The notes below the pieces were generated by a model. That model ran no database searches. It worked only from the letters and a program-made list of their open reading frames with translations, and was not told the origin of the DNA. A stretch of 32,000 bases of DNA from Horticoccus luteus (GTDB lineage Bacteria; Verrucomicrobiota; Verrucomicrobiia; Opitutales; Opitutaceae). Location: assembly GCF_019464535.1 (NCBI RefSeq), contig NZ_CP080507.1:2130001-2162000 (forward strand), written 5' to 3'. Below are positions 1 through 8,439 of the stretch, piece by piece. Made by a program: the position numbers and the translations under genes. Position 1 is the stretch's first letter; each line of letters begins with the position of its first letter.

Positions 1-2569
1 CGACGGGGTTATACGGATCGAGGATTGCCTTGATCGGCCGCTCGCCGAGGAAATGGCGGGTGATGCCAGCCGCAATGCGTTCGCACGCCATGTTGGCGAG
101 CTGCTGATACATGAGCTGCGCGGGGTAGGTGCCGCCCTTGCAGACGAGGCAGGTGTCGAGCCACTGCTTGGCGATGCGCTTGAGTTGGCCGAACAGATGA
201 AGTTCAGGTTCGGCCCCGGGATCACGAAATTTCGTGTAGAGGAGATGCTTGGTCAGGTTGAAGAGGACCGTCGATGGCCGCTCCTTCTCCAAGTGCTCCA
301 GCGTCATGTTCACCGACTCGCCAATAATGCCCGAATTCTGATTGATGCTCGGGCCCACGAGGTCCGGCGTGAGTTCGAGGACTGAGTCGTCGTTGAAGTC
401 AGCAGCGAGGTGCTCCTCGGGCAAATCAACCCGGTAGCCGACGACACGGGGGAAGCGGATTTCGAGCGCGTCACGATCGGGACGAACCGCTTTGACGACG
501 ACTGTTTCACGCGGTGGCTGTGGTGGCGCAACAACCGGCTTGGCCGTGAAATCAAATGGGATACCGAAGATGTCGGCATACTCGACGTTGAACAGGCCCT
601 CTTCGTTCAACTCGTAGGACTGGCGACGGAGAGCGCGACCAATAACCTGCTCGCAGAGGAGCTGAGTGCCAAAGGCGCGAATACCGAGCACGTGAGTGAC
701 GGTGTTGGCGTCCCATCCTTCCGTGAGCATCGAGACCGACACAACACAGCGGATCTGTTCGCCGAGGGTGCCATACTTGCCCACAGTGTTCATCACCTCG
801 CGCAAGATCTCATTGTCCGCGAGGTTTTCGCCGGCTCGGAGATCGCCGGTGCGCTCAACGATCTCGCGGCGGAACCGTTCCAACTCATCCGCGGCCATTG
901 CGCGGAAATTATCGTCCAGGGCATCCCCTGCTTCGAGCTGCTCGCTATCGATCAACAGTGTGTTCGGACGAGCCAAGGGATTGCCGGTCACGTCATCGAA
1001 GTTACGAAAGAGCGGAGCACGTCCTTGGACGAGCGTTTGAGTGCCGTCAGGGTTCTTGCGGTAGAAGCCGCTCACAAAATCGTAAACCAGCTTTGAGATA
1101 GCTGTGTTTTGGCAGACGATGATAAAGCAGGGAGGCACCCTGATCCCGTTGGCGCGCCAAAGCTCAAAGGTCTTCTCGTAGTGTCCGTAGAGCGCTTCGA
1201 TGGCGGTTTGTAGCTTCGTGGGCAGCGAGAGTGGATCGAGTTCTTGGTCTGATCCGCGCCCTTTCTTCGGCATGTCCTTACGGATGTTCTCCCAGAGATC
1301 GCGGAACATCGGCATGTCTTTGCCGGCAATGTTCTCCGCCACGGGCACGCGTGGAAGCTTCACGATGCCGCACTCGATGGCGTCCATGAGCGAGAAGTCG
1401 CTCACGGTCCAATGGAACATCGTGCCCTCGGCATAGCCAGACCCGCGCAAGAAGAACGGCGTCGCAGAAAGGTCGACCACGCGGAGGACGCCCAACTTGC
1501 GATTTACGGCTTCGAGGCCGGAAATCCAAAGGCGTGCGGCTTCGTTGTTCTTCTCGGCTTCCTGCCTATCGTCACCCCTCAAAACCTCGTCGTCTTCCTC
1601 CGGTGGCTTTTCGCGGTAACAATGATGCGCCTCGTCGTTCAGAACCAAGATATTCTTCAGGCCCATGAGGTCGGGCATGACGCGCTGAATCATCTGCCCT
1701 TCAGTTTCGAGGGTGTTCAGTTCCTCGCCCCCGCGCCCCTGAAGGAGGGCCCGCCCGCCCGCGGAGAGTTCGACACGCTCGCGCAGTTTGAAGGCGTGAA
1801 AGTTGGTGATAACGATCTTCGCTCGCTGGAGGTCCTCCAGCATGTCTTGCGGCACCAACTCACGTTGCGCGTAGTAACTGTCGGGGTCATGCGGTTGAAG
1901 CACGCGCAATCGGTCTTTGATTGTCAGCCCAGGGGCGACGACGAGAAAGCCGCGAGAGAAGTTTCTTCTGCTCGGTCGCCGGACAGCGTTGATCGTCTGC
2001 CAGGCGATGATCATTGCCATGACCGTCGTCTTGCCGGCACCGGTCGCCAGCTTGAGCGCGACGCGCATCAGCTCGGGATTCGCCTCGCGAATGGCGGCTG
2101 AAAGTAGCTCCAGGATGCGCTTCCCAGCAGCAGTATGCGGGGCGACTTCGCTCAGCCAAATGGCGGTCTCGACGGCTTCAACCTGGCAGAAAAATGGGCG
2201 GACACCGCTGAACTTGTGACTTCTCCAGTGCTGGAGGAGGCGGGCCGTTTCCGGAGTGACTTGCCAAAGATTGACCGGCAACCCGCGCCACTGGTCGACG
2301 TGGATGCGAATCTCATTAATGACCGACGTGGGGTCATACTGCTGCTTCGCGGTCGAAACGCCTTTGCCCTCGTCGAAAACGATGTCGTCTTGAGCAGCCG
2401 ACGACGCCCTCCGCTTCTTAGGCTTGGGGATTGGCGTGATGAACTCAGCCCGTCGTCTCGTCTCGACGATCCGCTGCGTGGGCTGCCCCTGTTTATCCAG
2501 CTCCCAATGCCGAGCGGGAGTTTCATACGGAGAGTTGAGGATCGGGTGCTCGAAGAATGGGTTCGACAT
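1..2569 (-). CDS. Type III restriction-enzyme Res-like SF2 helicase/endonuclease (first 856 codons; 3' end runs off the left window edge)
   Basis: Hand translation of the minus strand from the ATG at 2569-2567 gives MSNPFFEHPILNSPYETPARHWELDKQGQPTQRIVETRR..., open all the way to position 2. Helicase motifs occur in the correct order: motif I KLATGAGKTTVMA (about 2016-2053), motif II LNDEAHHCY (about 1613-1642), SATPF, TEGWD and motif VI QVIGRALRR. The N-terminal NPFFExPILNSPYxxPxRHWELD signature is typical of Res-subunit-like restriction enzymes (from memory). It is absent from the ORF track only because there is no in-window stop. Confidence 0.85.
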   Translation of the reverse strand, partial: MSNPFFEHPILNSPYETPARHWELDKQGQPTQRIVETRRRAEFITPIPKPKKRRASSAAQDDIVFDEGKGVSTAKQQYDPTSVINEIRIHVDQWRGLPVNLWQVTPETARLLQHWRSHKFSGVRPFFCQVEAVETAIWLSEVAPHTAAGKRILELLSAAIREANPELMRVALKLATGAGKTTVMAMIIAWQTINAVRRPSRRNFSRGFLVVAPGLTIKDRLRVLQPHDPDSYYAQRELVPQDMLEDLQRAKIVITNFHAFKLRERVELSAGGRALLQGRGGEELNTLETEGQMIQRVMPDLMGLKNILVLNDEAHHCYREKPPEEDDEVLRGDDRQEAEKNNEAARLWISGLEAVNRKLGVLRVVDLSATPFFLRGSGYAEGTMFHWTVSDFSLMDAIECGIVKLPRVPVAENIAGKDMPMFRDLWENIRKDMPKKGRGSDQELDPLSLPTKLQTAIEALYGHYEKTFELWRANGIRVPPCFIIVCQNTAISKLVYDFVSGFYRKNPDGTQTLVQGRAPLFRNFDDVTGNPLARPNTLLIDSEQLEAGDALDDNFRAMAADELERFRREIVERTGDLRAGENLADNEILREVMNTVGKYGTLGEQIRCVVSVSMLTEGWDANTVTHVLGIRAFGTQLLCEQVIGRALRRQSYELNEEGLFNVEYADIFGIPFDFTAKPVVAPPQPPRETVVVKAVRPDRDALEIRFPRVVGYRVDLPEEHLAADFNDDSVLELTPDLVGPSINQNSGIIGESVNMTLEHLEKERPSTVLFNLTKHLLYTKFRDPGAEPELHLFGQLKRIAKQWLDTCLVCKGGTYPAQLMYQQLANMACERIAAGITRHFLGERPIKAILDPYNPV

Positions 2570-2665
2570 CGCGCGGGGCTGGAGCTCGCGGGACCCGTTG
2601 TGACGCCCGCCGAGAAAAGCGCAACTCGCGTTATGTTGTTATCTTTGCCGATTGAGGGCTGACGA

Positions 2666-3157
2666 TCACGGTCGCGCCAAAACTTTCGCCTTTTCTGCCG
2701 CAAACTCCTCCGGCGTGAGCGCACCGCTATCCAGCAGCTTCTTAAGCCGTTCGATCTCCGCGTATTTGTCGGCAGCAGGATCCCCTTCGGTCACCACGAG
2801 CTGATTCTTATCGATGAGCGCGAACACGATCTCGATTCGCGGGAAATTGCCTAAGATGTAAGGCGGCTGCGAAATTCGCTCGCCCAGGACGACGAACGAC
2901 TTGCCCTGCCGGCTGGCGAAATCGGTGATCCGTTGCTCTGCGGCGGCGCGAATCGACTGGACTGACACGAACCCCGTCGCGGCGCGATGGTATACCCGGT
3001 AAACATCTCTCGCGGGATAACTGTTCCTGATGAGCTCCGGTGGATTGCTGAAGCTCGATTCGCTTTCCGCGTAACGCTGGATTGGCGAGGAGGTCGCGCA
3101 GCCGGAAAAAGCCAGTCCAAGAGCCAGGGTCCAAAGGGCCAGAAAACCGCGGGGCAT
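2666..3157 (-). CDS. Lipoprotein with C-terminal SHOCT domain
   Basis: An internal ATG at 3157 gives MPRGFLALWTLALGLAFSGC..., a signal peptide with lipobox FSG|C. The C-terminus KYAEIERLKKLLDSGALTPEEFAAEKAKVL matches the SHOCT short C-terminal domain pattern. The longer track ORF (to 3358) would run through the tRNA gene and is rejected. Confidence 0.75.
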   Translation of the reverse strand: MPRGFLALWTLALGLAFSGCATSSPIQRYAESESSFSNPPELIRNSYPARDVYRVYHRAATGFVSVQSIRAAAEQRITDFASRQGKSFVVLGERISQPPYILGNFPRIEIVFALIDKNQLVVTEGDPAADKYAEIERLKKLLDSGALTPEEFAAEKAKVLARP

Positions 3158-3264
3158 GCCTGCTGAATGCGGCTTAGAACCTGCGGCCGCAACGCCCGAT
3201 TCCGCGCTTAAACACCGCTCTCGTGTTCCCTTTCCGTTCCCTAGAAAAGCCTCTCCTATGGAAA

Positions 3265-3339
3265 TGGCGCCCTCACGGGGAATCGAACCCCGGTTTGAGC
3301 CTTGAGAGGGCTCCGTCCTAGCCGCTAGACGATGAGGGC
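3265..3339 (-). tRNA. tRNA-Glu (anticodon CUC), CCA encoded
   Basis: The minus strand reads GCCCTCA TC GTCT AGCGGCTA GGAC G GAGCC CTCTCAA GGCTC AAAC CGGGG TTCGATT CCCCG TGAGGGC G CCA. This folds as a 7-bp acceptor stem, 4-bp D stem, 5-bp anticodon stem with a 7-nt loop (anticodon CTC), a 5-bp T stem and a TTCGATT T-loop. Total length is 75 nt. Confidence 0.93.
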
Positions 3340-3423
3340 AAAAATTGCGAGGGGCCACAAAGCCACGAACCCGCCCGTCGCGTCAAGCGAGTTTCCCTTC
3401 CGCTCCATCTCCTTTCCCGCCTC

Positions 3424-3456
3424 GAGCGGACGTCGCTCACCGGCGCGCGTCCGCTC
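3424..3456 (-). terminator. GC-rich hairpin between the ndk stop and tRNA-Glu (possible terminator or processing signal; no U-tract)
   Basis: Perfect 9-bp inverted repeat, gagcggacg (3424-3432) and cgtccgctc (3448-3456), with a 15-nt loop. It sits 15 nt downstream of the ndk stop on the minus strand. No T-run follows, so its function is uncertain. Confidence 0.3.
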
Positions 3457-3470
3457 CGCATGGACAGCGC

Positions 3471-3890
3471 TTACTCGGCGAAAATTTCGTCCGCTTTGAA
3501 AAAGCGGGCGATTTCCGTCTTACCGTTCTCTTCGCTGTCCGAGGCGTGCACGACATTCACCATCATGTCCGTGCCGAAATCCCCACGAATCGTTCCTTTC
3601 GCAGCTTTGCGCGAGTCCGTCGGTCCGAGCAGATCGCGCACTTTCTGCACGATGCCTTCGCCGGCCAGCGCGGCTACGATCACCGGGCGCGAGCTCATGA
3701 AGTTCTCGATTTCAGGATAAAACGGCTTGTCCGCCACGTGCGCGTAATGGTCGCGCAGCAACGCGGAGGTGAGGCGGATCATCTTGCAGCCGATCACCGA
3801 AAATCCGGCATGTTCGAAGCGGCTCAACACGTCACCGACGTGCCGTTGCGCCATGCAATCAGGTTTAAAAATCACCAGAGTTTTCTGCAT
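3471..3890 (-). CDS. ndk: Nucleoside diphosphate kinase
   Basis: 139 aa, MQKTLVIFKPDCMAQRHVGDVLSRFEHAGFSVIGCKMIRL...RGDFGTDMMVNVVHASDS. This is the canonical NDK fold signature, including the NxxHxSD active-site His region. Confidence 0.95.
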   Translation of the reverse strand: MQKTLVIFKPDCMAQRHVGDVLSRFEHAGFSVIGCKMIRLTSALLRDHYAHVADKPFYPEIENFMSSRPVIVAALAGEGIVQKVRDLLGPTDSRKAAKGTIRGDFGTDMMVNVVHASDSEENGKTEIARFFKADEIFAE

Positions 3891-3970
3891 AAAAGAATCA
3901 CGCTACGGGCGCCCGCCTGCTTGGAAAGCCTAGATTTCTGCCTCACTGCGCCCCTCGACCGCTCCACCGC

Positions 3971-5353
3971 TCAGCCGTTTTCCCGTCCGAGCACCGCCCG
4001 CAACGCCGTTTCCAAGCTCGGATGTCGAAACGCATAACCGCTCCCGCGCAAGCCGTCCGGCTGCGCGCGTTGCCCGGCGAGGACGGTCTCGCGCGCCATC
4101 TCTCCGAAAATCGCCGTCAACGCCCACGTCGGTGCGCGCAGCACCGCCGGCCGATGCAACACCCGGCCGAGCACGCGCGCGAAATCCCCGTTCCTTACCG
4201 CCTCGGGCGCCACCGTGTTCAGCACTCCGGTCACGTTGTCCCGCGCGAGCGCGTGGTAGATCGCACCGACCACATCCTCGATGGAAATCCAACTCATCCA
4301 TTGCCGCCCATCTCCGATCGGCCCGCCCAGCCCGACGCGAAACAGCGGCAACATCCGCGCCAGCGCCCCGCCCGCGGGCGTGAGCACGACCCCGAAACGC
4401 AACGCCGCCACGCGCGCGCCGAATTCCGCCGCTTTGAACGTTTCCCGTTCCCATGCCCAACACACGTCCGCGAGAAATCCGCTCCCCGTTGCACTATCCT
4501 CCGCCAAGACTTCATCGCCGCGATCGCCGTAGATGCCGACGGCGGACGCCCCGATCCAAACCCGCGGCGGTTTCGCGAGCCCGCGGCAGGCATCGACCAA
4601 CAACCGCGTGCCCTCGACGCGGCTGCTCAAAATGGCCGCCTTGCGCTGCGCGGTCCATCGTCCCGCGCCAACGTTTTCACCCGCCAAATGCACGACCGCG
4701 TCGATGCCCTCCAGCGCCGCAGCATCGATTTTCCCGAGTGCCGGATTCCATTCCACGTCATCGCCATTTTTTGCCCGACGCCGCACCAACTGCACCACCG
4801 TGTGACCTTGGGTTTGCAACAACGGCCCAAGCTGCCCGCCGACGAGACCCGACGCGCCGGAGACCAATACCCGCCAGCGCCGCCCGGCCGTCATCGGTGA
4901 GACGACCTCCAGGTCAGTGCGGGTGATCGTGTGCCGATGGCGAAACATCCGCTCCAATCGTCGGCGAACCATTCCGTCCGCCGCCTCGCCAGCGAATCCG
5001 CCCGGCAAACGATAGGTGATGCGATCCGTCAGCCGGCACGCCGCCTCGCCATCAGGCTCGATCAAATGCACGTGCTCCCACGCAGAAAACGGCCCGCGCA
5101 GCATCACATCGCGAAACTCCCGGCCCGCGCGGTAGCCACGATGTTCGACCAGCCACGTCGAGGAAAACGGCCCGATCTTCGTCCGCACCTCCACCTGCGC
5201 GCCGTCACGGATGCCGCCCGTCGCACGCACCAACTCAACACGTTCCCACGGCGGCTGCAGCCGCTCAAACGCTCCCGGACGTTCGTGCCACGCGAACACC
5301 TCGTTCGCCGGACGAGCGATCCGACTGGTCATCGAGAAAGTGCGTTCGCTCAC
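3971..5353 (-). CDS. SRPBCC (START/cyclase-like) domain fused to a TIGR01777/YfcH-like NAD-dependent epimerase family (SDR39U1, DUF1731) domain
   Basis: 460 aa. The N-terminal ~150 aa (IARPANEVFAWHERPGAFERLQPPWERVELV...) look SRPBCC-like. Next comes a Rossmann motif VLVSGASGLVGGQL, and the C-terminus ...GYAFRHPSLETAL is typical of the TIGR01777 family. The start could be M1 or M8. Confidence 0.8.
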   Translation of the reverse strand: MSERTFSMTSRIARPANEVFAWHERPGAFERLQPPWERVELVRATGGIRDGAQVEVRTKIGPFSSTWLVEHRGYRAGREFRDVMLRGPFSAWEHVHLIEPDGEAACRLTDRITYRLPGGFAGEAADGMVRRRLERMFRHRHTITRTDLEVVSPMTAGRRWRVLVSGASGLVGGQLGPLLQTQGHTVVQLVRRRAKNGDDVEWNPALGKIDAAALEGIDAVVHLAGENVGAGRWTAQRKAAILSSRVEGTRLLVDACRGLAKPPRVWIGASAVGIYGDRGDEVLAEDSATGSGFLADVCWAWERETFKAAEFGARVAALRFGVVLTPAGGALARMLPLFRVGLGGPIGDGRQWMSWISIEDVVGAIYHALARDNVTGVLNTVAPEAVRNGDFARVLGRVLHRPAVLRAPTWALTAIFGEMARETVLAGQRAQPDGLRGSGYAFRHPSLETALRAVLGRENG

Positions 5354-5449
5354 CCGCCCACCGTCGGCGAAGCGCCTTCGTCGCGCAAGCGCCGCCGTCG
5401 TCTACGAGTGTCGCGTTACTCGAATTCAGCGCGTTTCTCCGTGCGGTCG

Positions 5450-6910
5450 CTATGCCGGCCCGTTGCCGCGCCGCAGCTCTTTGAACGCCGCCAGCGCCTC
5501 CGCCCTTGCCTGTGCATGGTCCACGATCGGCCGCGGATAATTCTCGCCGAGCGTTACCCCGGCACGCGCCAAGATTGCTGGCGGCGCTTCCCACGGCGCA
5601 TGGATGTGCTCGACCGGAATCCGCGCCAGCTCCGGCACCCACCGCCGAACATAGTCTCCGGCTGGATCGAATTTCCGTCCCTGCAACACCGGTGCGAATA
5701 TCCGGAAATACGGGGCCGCGTCCGCGCCGCAGCCCGCCGACCACTGCCAACCGAGCGTGTTGCTCGCGAGGTCCGCGTCCACGAGCGTGTCCCAAAACCA
5801 CTTCGCTCCGCGTTGCCACGGCAACCGCTGGTGCTTCACGAGAAACGACGCCACGATCATCCGCACGCGATTGTGCATCCAACCGGTGTGCCACAGCTCC
5901 CGCAGACCCGCGTCCACGATCGGATAACCGGTGCGTCCGCGCTGCCACGCCGCGAGCTTTGTCCCGCCGCGATCCTCTGCCCACGGAAACCGCGCGAACT
6001 CCTCCCGCAACGGTTGCTCCGGCGTGCGCGGAAAATGAAATAACAGATGATATGCAAACTCGCGCCACCCGATCTCGCTCAGAAAAACGCGGGCGCCATT
6101 GTGCGGCGGAAATACGCCGCTCTCCCGCCCGATCGCCTTCACCGCCGACCATATTTGCCGCGGACCGATCTCCCCATGGTGCAGCCACGGCGAAAGACGC
6201 GACGTGCCCGCGTGGTCCGGCCGGTTGCGGTCTTCCGCGTAACCCTCAATTCCCTCCCGCACGAACGCCTTCAGCCGCGCCATCGCGCCGCCTTCACCCG
6301 GTTCCCAGTTCTCGCGCAATCCGCCGTCCCACGGAATCGTCGGCTGCAACCCTAGCTCGTCCAGCGCGAGCGATCGCGGCCAGCTGGCCGGTGCCGGCAG
6401 CGCCGTCGCCGCGCAACGCACCGGCTCGGCGATCGGCAGCGCCAGACAATGACGCCAATACGGCGTGAACACCTGAAACGGTTTACCCTGTTTGTTCGCG
6501 ATCGATTGCGGCTCGAACAACAACGCGCTGTTAAAGCTCTGCACCTCCACGCCCGCCGCCCGCAACCCGGCCTTGACCGCCCGATCCGTCGCCACCTGCG
6601 CCGGCTCATAACGGCGATTCCAATACACCGCCTCCGCTCCGGTGGCCTCGATCAATTCGCGCAACACGCTCGCTGCGTCCCCGCGCGCGAGCACGAGCCG
6701 CGATCCGCGCGCACGCAACGCCTCATCGAGCCGCGCCAGCGCGCGATGCCGCCACCAACTTGACGCCGCCCCTTCGCTCCACTGGTCCTCGCCCGCGGCT
6801 TCTTGAATGAATACCGGCACGATCGCCCCGCCGCGCGCGATTGCCTCCATCAACGCCGGGTTGTCCTGCAAACGCAGATCCCGTCGAAACCAGAGAAGCG
6901 TCGGCGTCAT
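5450..6910 (-). CDS. phrB: Deoxyribodipyrimidine (CPD) photolyase, class I type
   Basis: 486 aa, MTPTLLWFRRDLRLQDNPAL... with the FAD-binding block TGYPIVDAGLRELWHTGWMHNRVRMIVASFLVKHQRLPWQRGAKWFWDTLVDADLASNTLGWQWSAGCGADAAPYFRIF. Confidence 0.92.
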   Translation of the reverse strand: MTPTLLWFRRDLRLQDNPALMEAIARGGAIVPVFIQEAAGEDQWSEGAASSWWRHRALARLDEALRARGSRLVLARGDAASVLRELIEATGAEAVYWNRRYEPAQVATDRAVKAGLRAAGVEVQSFNSALLFEPQSIANKQGKPFQVFTPYWRHCLALPIAEPVRCAATALPAPASWPRSLALDELGLQPTIPWDGGLRENWEPGEGGAMARLKAFVREGIEGYAEDRNRPDHAGTSRLSPWLHHGEIGPRQIWSAVKAIGRESGVFPPHNGARVFLSEIGWREFAYHLLFHFPRTPEQPLREEFARFPWAEDRGGTKLAAWQRGRTGYPIVDAGLRELWHTGWMHNRVRMIVASFLVKHQRLPWQRGAKWFWDTLVDADLASNTLGWQWSAGCGADAAPYFRIFAPVLQGRKFDPAGDYVRRWVPELARIPVEHIHAPWEAPPAILARAGVTLGENYPRPIVDHAQARAEALAAFKELRRGNGPA

Positions 6911-6925
6911 CCGTGCGCGCCGCCC

Positions 6926-8368
6926 TCAAATCGCGTCACGATACAGCTTCTCGTAAGCGGCGGCCGCTGTGTTCCAACTGAAGTCGCGCGCCATGCCGCG
7001 CCGCTGCACCGCGGTGTAGTCGTCTTTGCGCGCGTGAAGTTCGATCGCACGCATCAATCCGCCGCGCAGCCCTTTCGCCGTCGGCGCAAATGTGATGCCC
7101 GTGCCGCGCTCCGGCTCGGCGTCGATATCGATCACCGTGTCCACGAGACCACCCACGCGGCTTGTCAGCGGGATCGTGCCATATACCTGGGAATACATCT
7201 GGTTCAACCCGCACGGCTCGAAGAGTGACGGCATGACAAAAAAATCCGCCCCCGCCTCGATCAAATGGCTCATGGCCTCATCGAGCTTGGCGCAGAGCGT
7301 GATCTTATCCGGCGCCCGGCTCGCCAGCGTGCGCAGTTCCGCCTCCATCCGCTTGTCGCCGGAACCAAGCACGACGAGACCGCAGGTCTCCGTGAGGAAG
7401 AAATCCCGATTCTCCAACACGAGATCCACGCCCTTTTGCTCCGTAAGCCGGCACACCATGCCGAAGATCGGTCCGTTGAACGCCGGATCGAACCCGCACC
7501 GCTTGAGCAACTCCGCCCGGCACGTTTCCTTCCCGCGCAAATTTGAGGCGGTGAATCGTGCCGGCAGCAGCGCATCGGTCGCCGGATTCCACACCGCCGA
7601 GTCCACGCCGTTGAGCAAGCCCACCAGATCGTCCGCGCGTGTCTGCACGACGCCATCGAGTCCGCAGCCGAATTCCGGTGTCTGGATTTCCTGCGCGTAG
7701 CGCGGACTCACGGTCGTCACCCGGTCGCTGAACAGTATGCCGCCCTTGAGAAAATTGATCTGCTCGTAGTATTCGAGGCCGTCGACGTTGTTGAGCTCAT
7801 CCGGCAGTCCCGTCTGCGCAAACACGCTGCGTGGGAACAGCCCTTGGAACGCGATGTTGTGGATGGTGCACACCGTCTTCATCGCCAGCGTCACGCCATG
7901 GCGGCGCTCGGCGTCGCGCAACATCAGCGGCAGCAAAGCCGCCTGCCAGTCGTGCGCATGCACGATGTCGGCCTCGATGTTTTCCAACCGCAACGCCTCC
8001 ACCACGCCCTTGCAGAAAAAGATGAACCGCTCCGCGTTGTCCTCGTAATCCCGCTCGCCGTTGCCGTAGGCCGCCCGCCGGTCGAAGAACTCATCCCGGC
8101 AAATCAGAAACACCTGCAAATTCGCCCGCGGCGAAAACACCCGCACCTCACCCGACAAAAACACATCGCCCATCTCGATCCGGAGCCGGAATTTTCGCTC
8201 CGCGTTGATGGCGTGGCCGTGTTCCAGCACCGCGCGATAACCCGGCAGAAACACGGTGACCGTATGTCCGCGATCGGCGAGCGTCCCCGCCAGCGAGGCG
8301 ACAGCATCGGCCAGCCCCCCCGTTTTCACGTAGGGAAACAATTCGCTGGCCACATGGACGATTTTCAT
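6926..8368 (-). CDS. glgA: Glycogen synthase (ADP-glucose type, GT5)
   Basis: 480 aa, MKIVHVASELFPYVKTGGLADAVASL... (KTGGL motif). The central and C-terminal blocks, including the FVMPSLFEPCGLNQMY motif, are typical of GlgA. Confidence 0.93.
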   Translation of the reverse strand: MKIVHVASELFPYVKTGGLADAVASLAGTLADRGHTVTVFLPGYRAVLEHGHAINAERKFRLRIEMGDVFLSGEVRVFSPRANLQVFLICRDEFFDRRAAYGNGERDYEDNAERFIFFCKGVVEALRLENIEADIVHAHDWQAALLPLMLRDAERRHGVTLAMKTVCTIHNIAFQGLFPRSVFAQTGLPDELNNVDGLEYYEQINFLKGGILFSDRVTTVSPRYAQEIQTPEFGCGLDGVVQTRADDLVGLLNGVDSAVWNPATDALLPARFTASNLRGKETCRAELLKRCGFDPAFNGPIFGMVCRLTEQKGVDLVLENRDFFLTETCGLVVLGSGDKRMEAELRTLASRAPDKITLCAKLDEAMSHLIEAGADFFVMPSLFEPCGLNQMYSQVYGTIPLTSRVGGLVDTVIDIDAEPERGTGITFAPTAKGLRGGLMRAIELHARKDDYTAVQRRGMARDFSWNTAAAAYEKLYRDAI

Positions 8369-8439
8369 CGCGACAATTTATGCGACGCCGTTTCCTCAGG
8401 CCAATCCCAAAGCTCGCCCCGACCCGCGGCAGCTCTTCT

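Noticed and set aside
53-2662. Plus-strand track ORFs 53-385, 410-1096, 1412-2101 and 2135-2662, and the minus-strand ORF 2152-2724
   Set aside because: All overlap the single continuous minus-strand frame that encodes a coherent Res-like helicase with ordered motifs I, II and VI. Their sequences are Arg/Ala/Gly/Val-rich shadow translations with no recognisable domains.
3158-3358. N-terminal extension of the 2666-3358 track ORF
   Set aside because: It would read through the tRNA-Glu gene (3265-3339). The internal Met at 3157 gives a textbook lipoprotein signal peptide.
8380-8439. The upstream ATG at 8380 as the rnr start
   Set aside because: It lies only 11 nt (8369-8379) from the divergent glgA start codon at 8368. 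It adds 20 Arg/Pro/Ser-rich residues, whereas the Met at 8440 begins a typical RNase R HTH-like N-terminus. It is not fully excluded.
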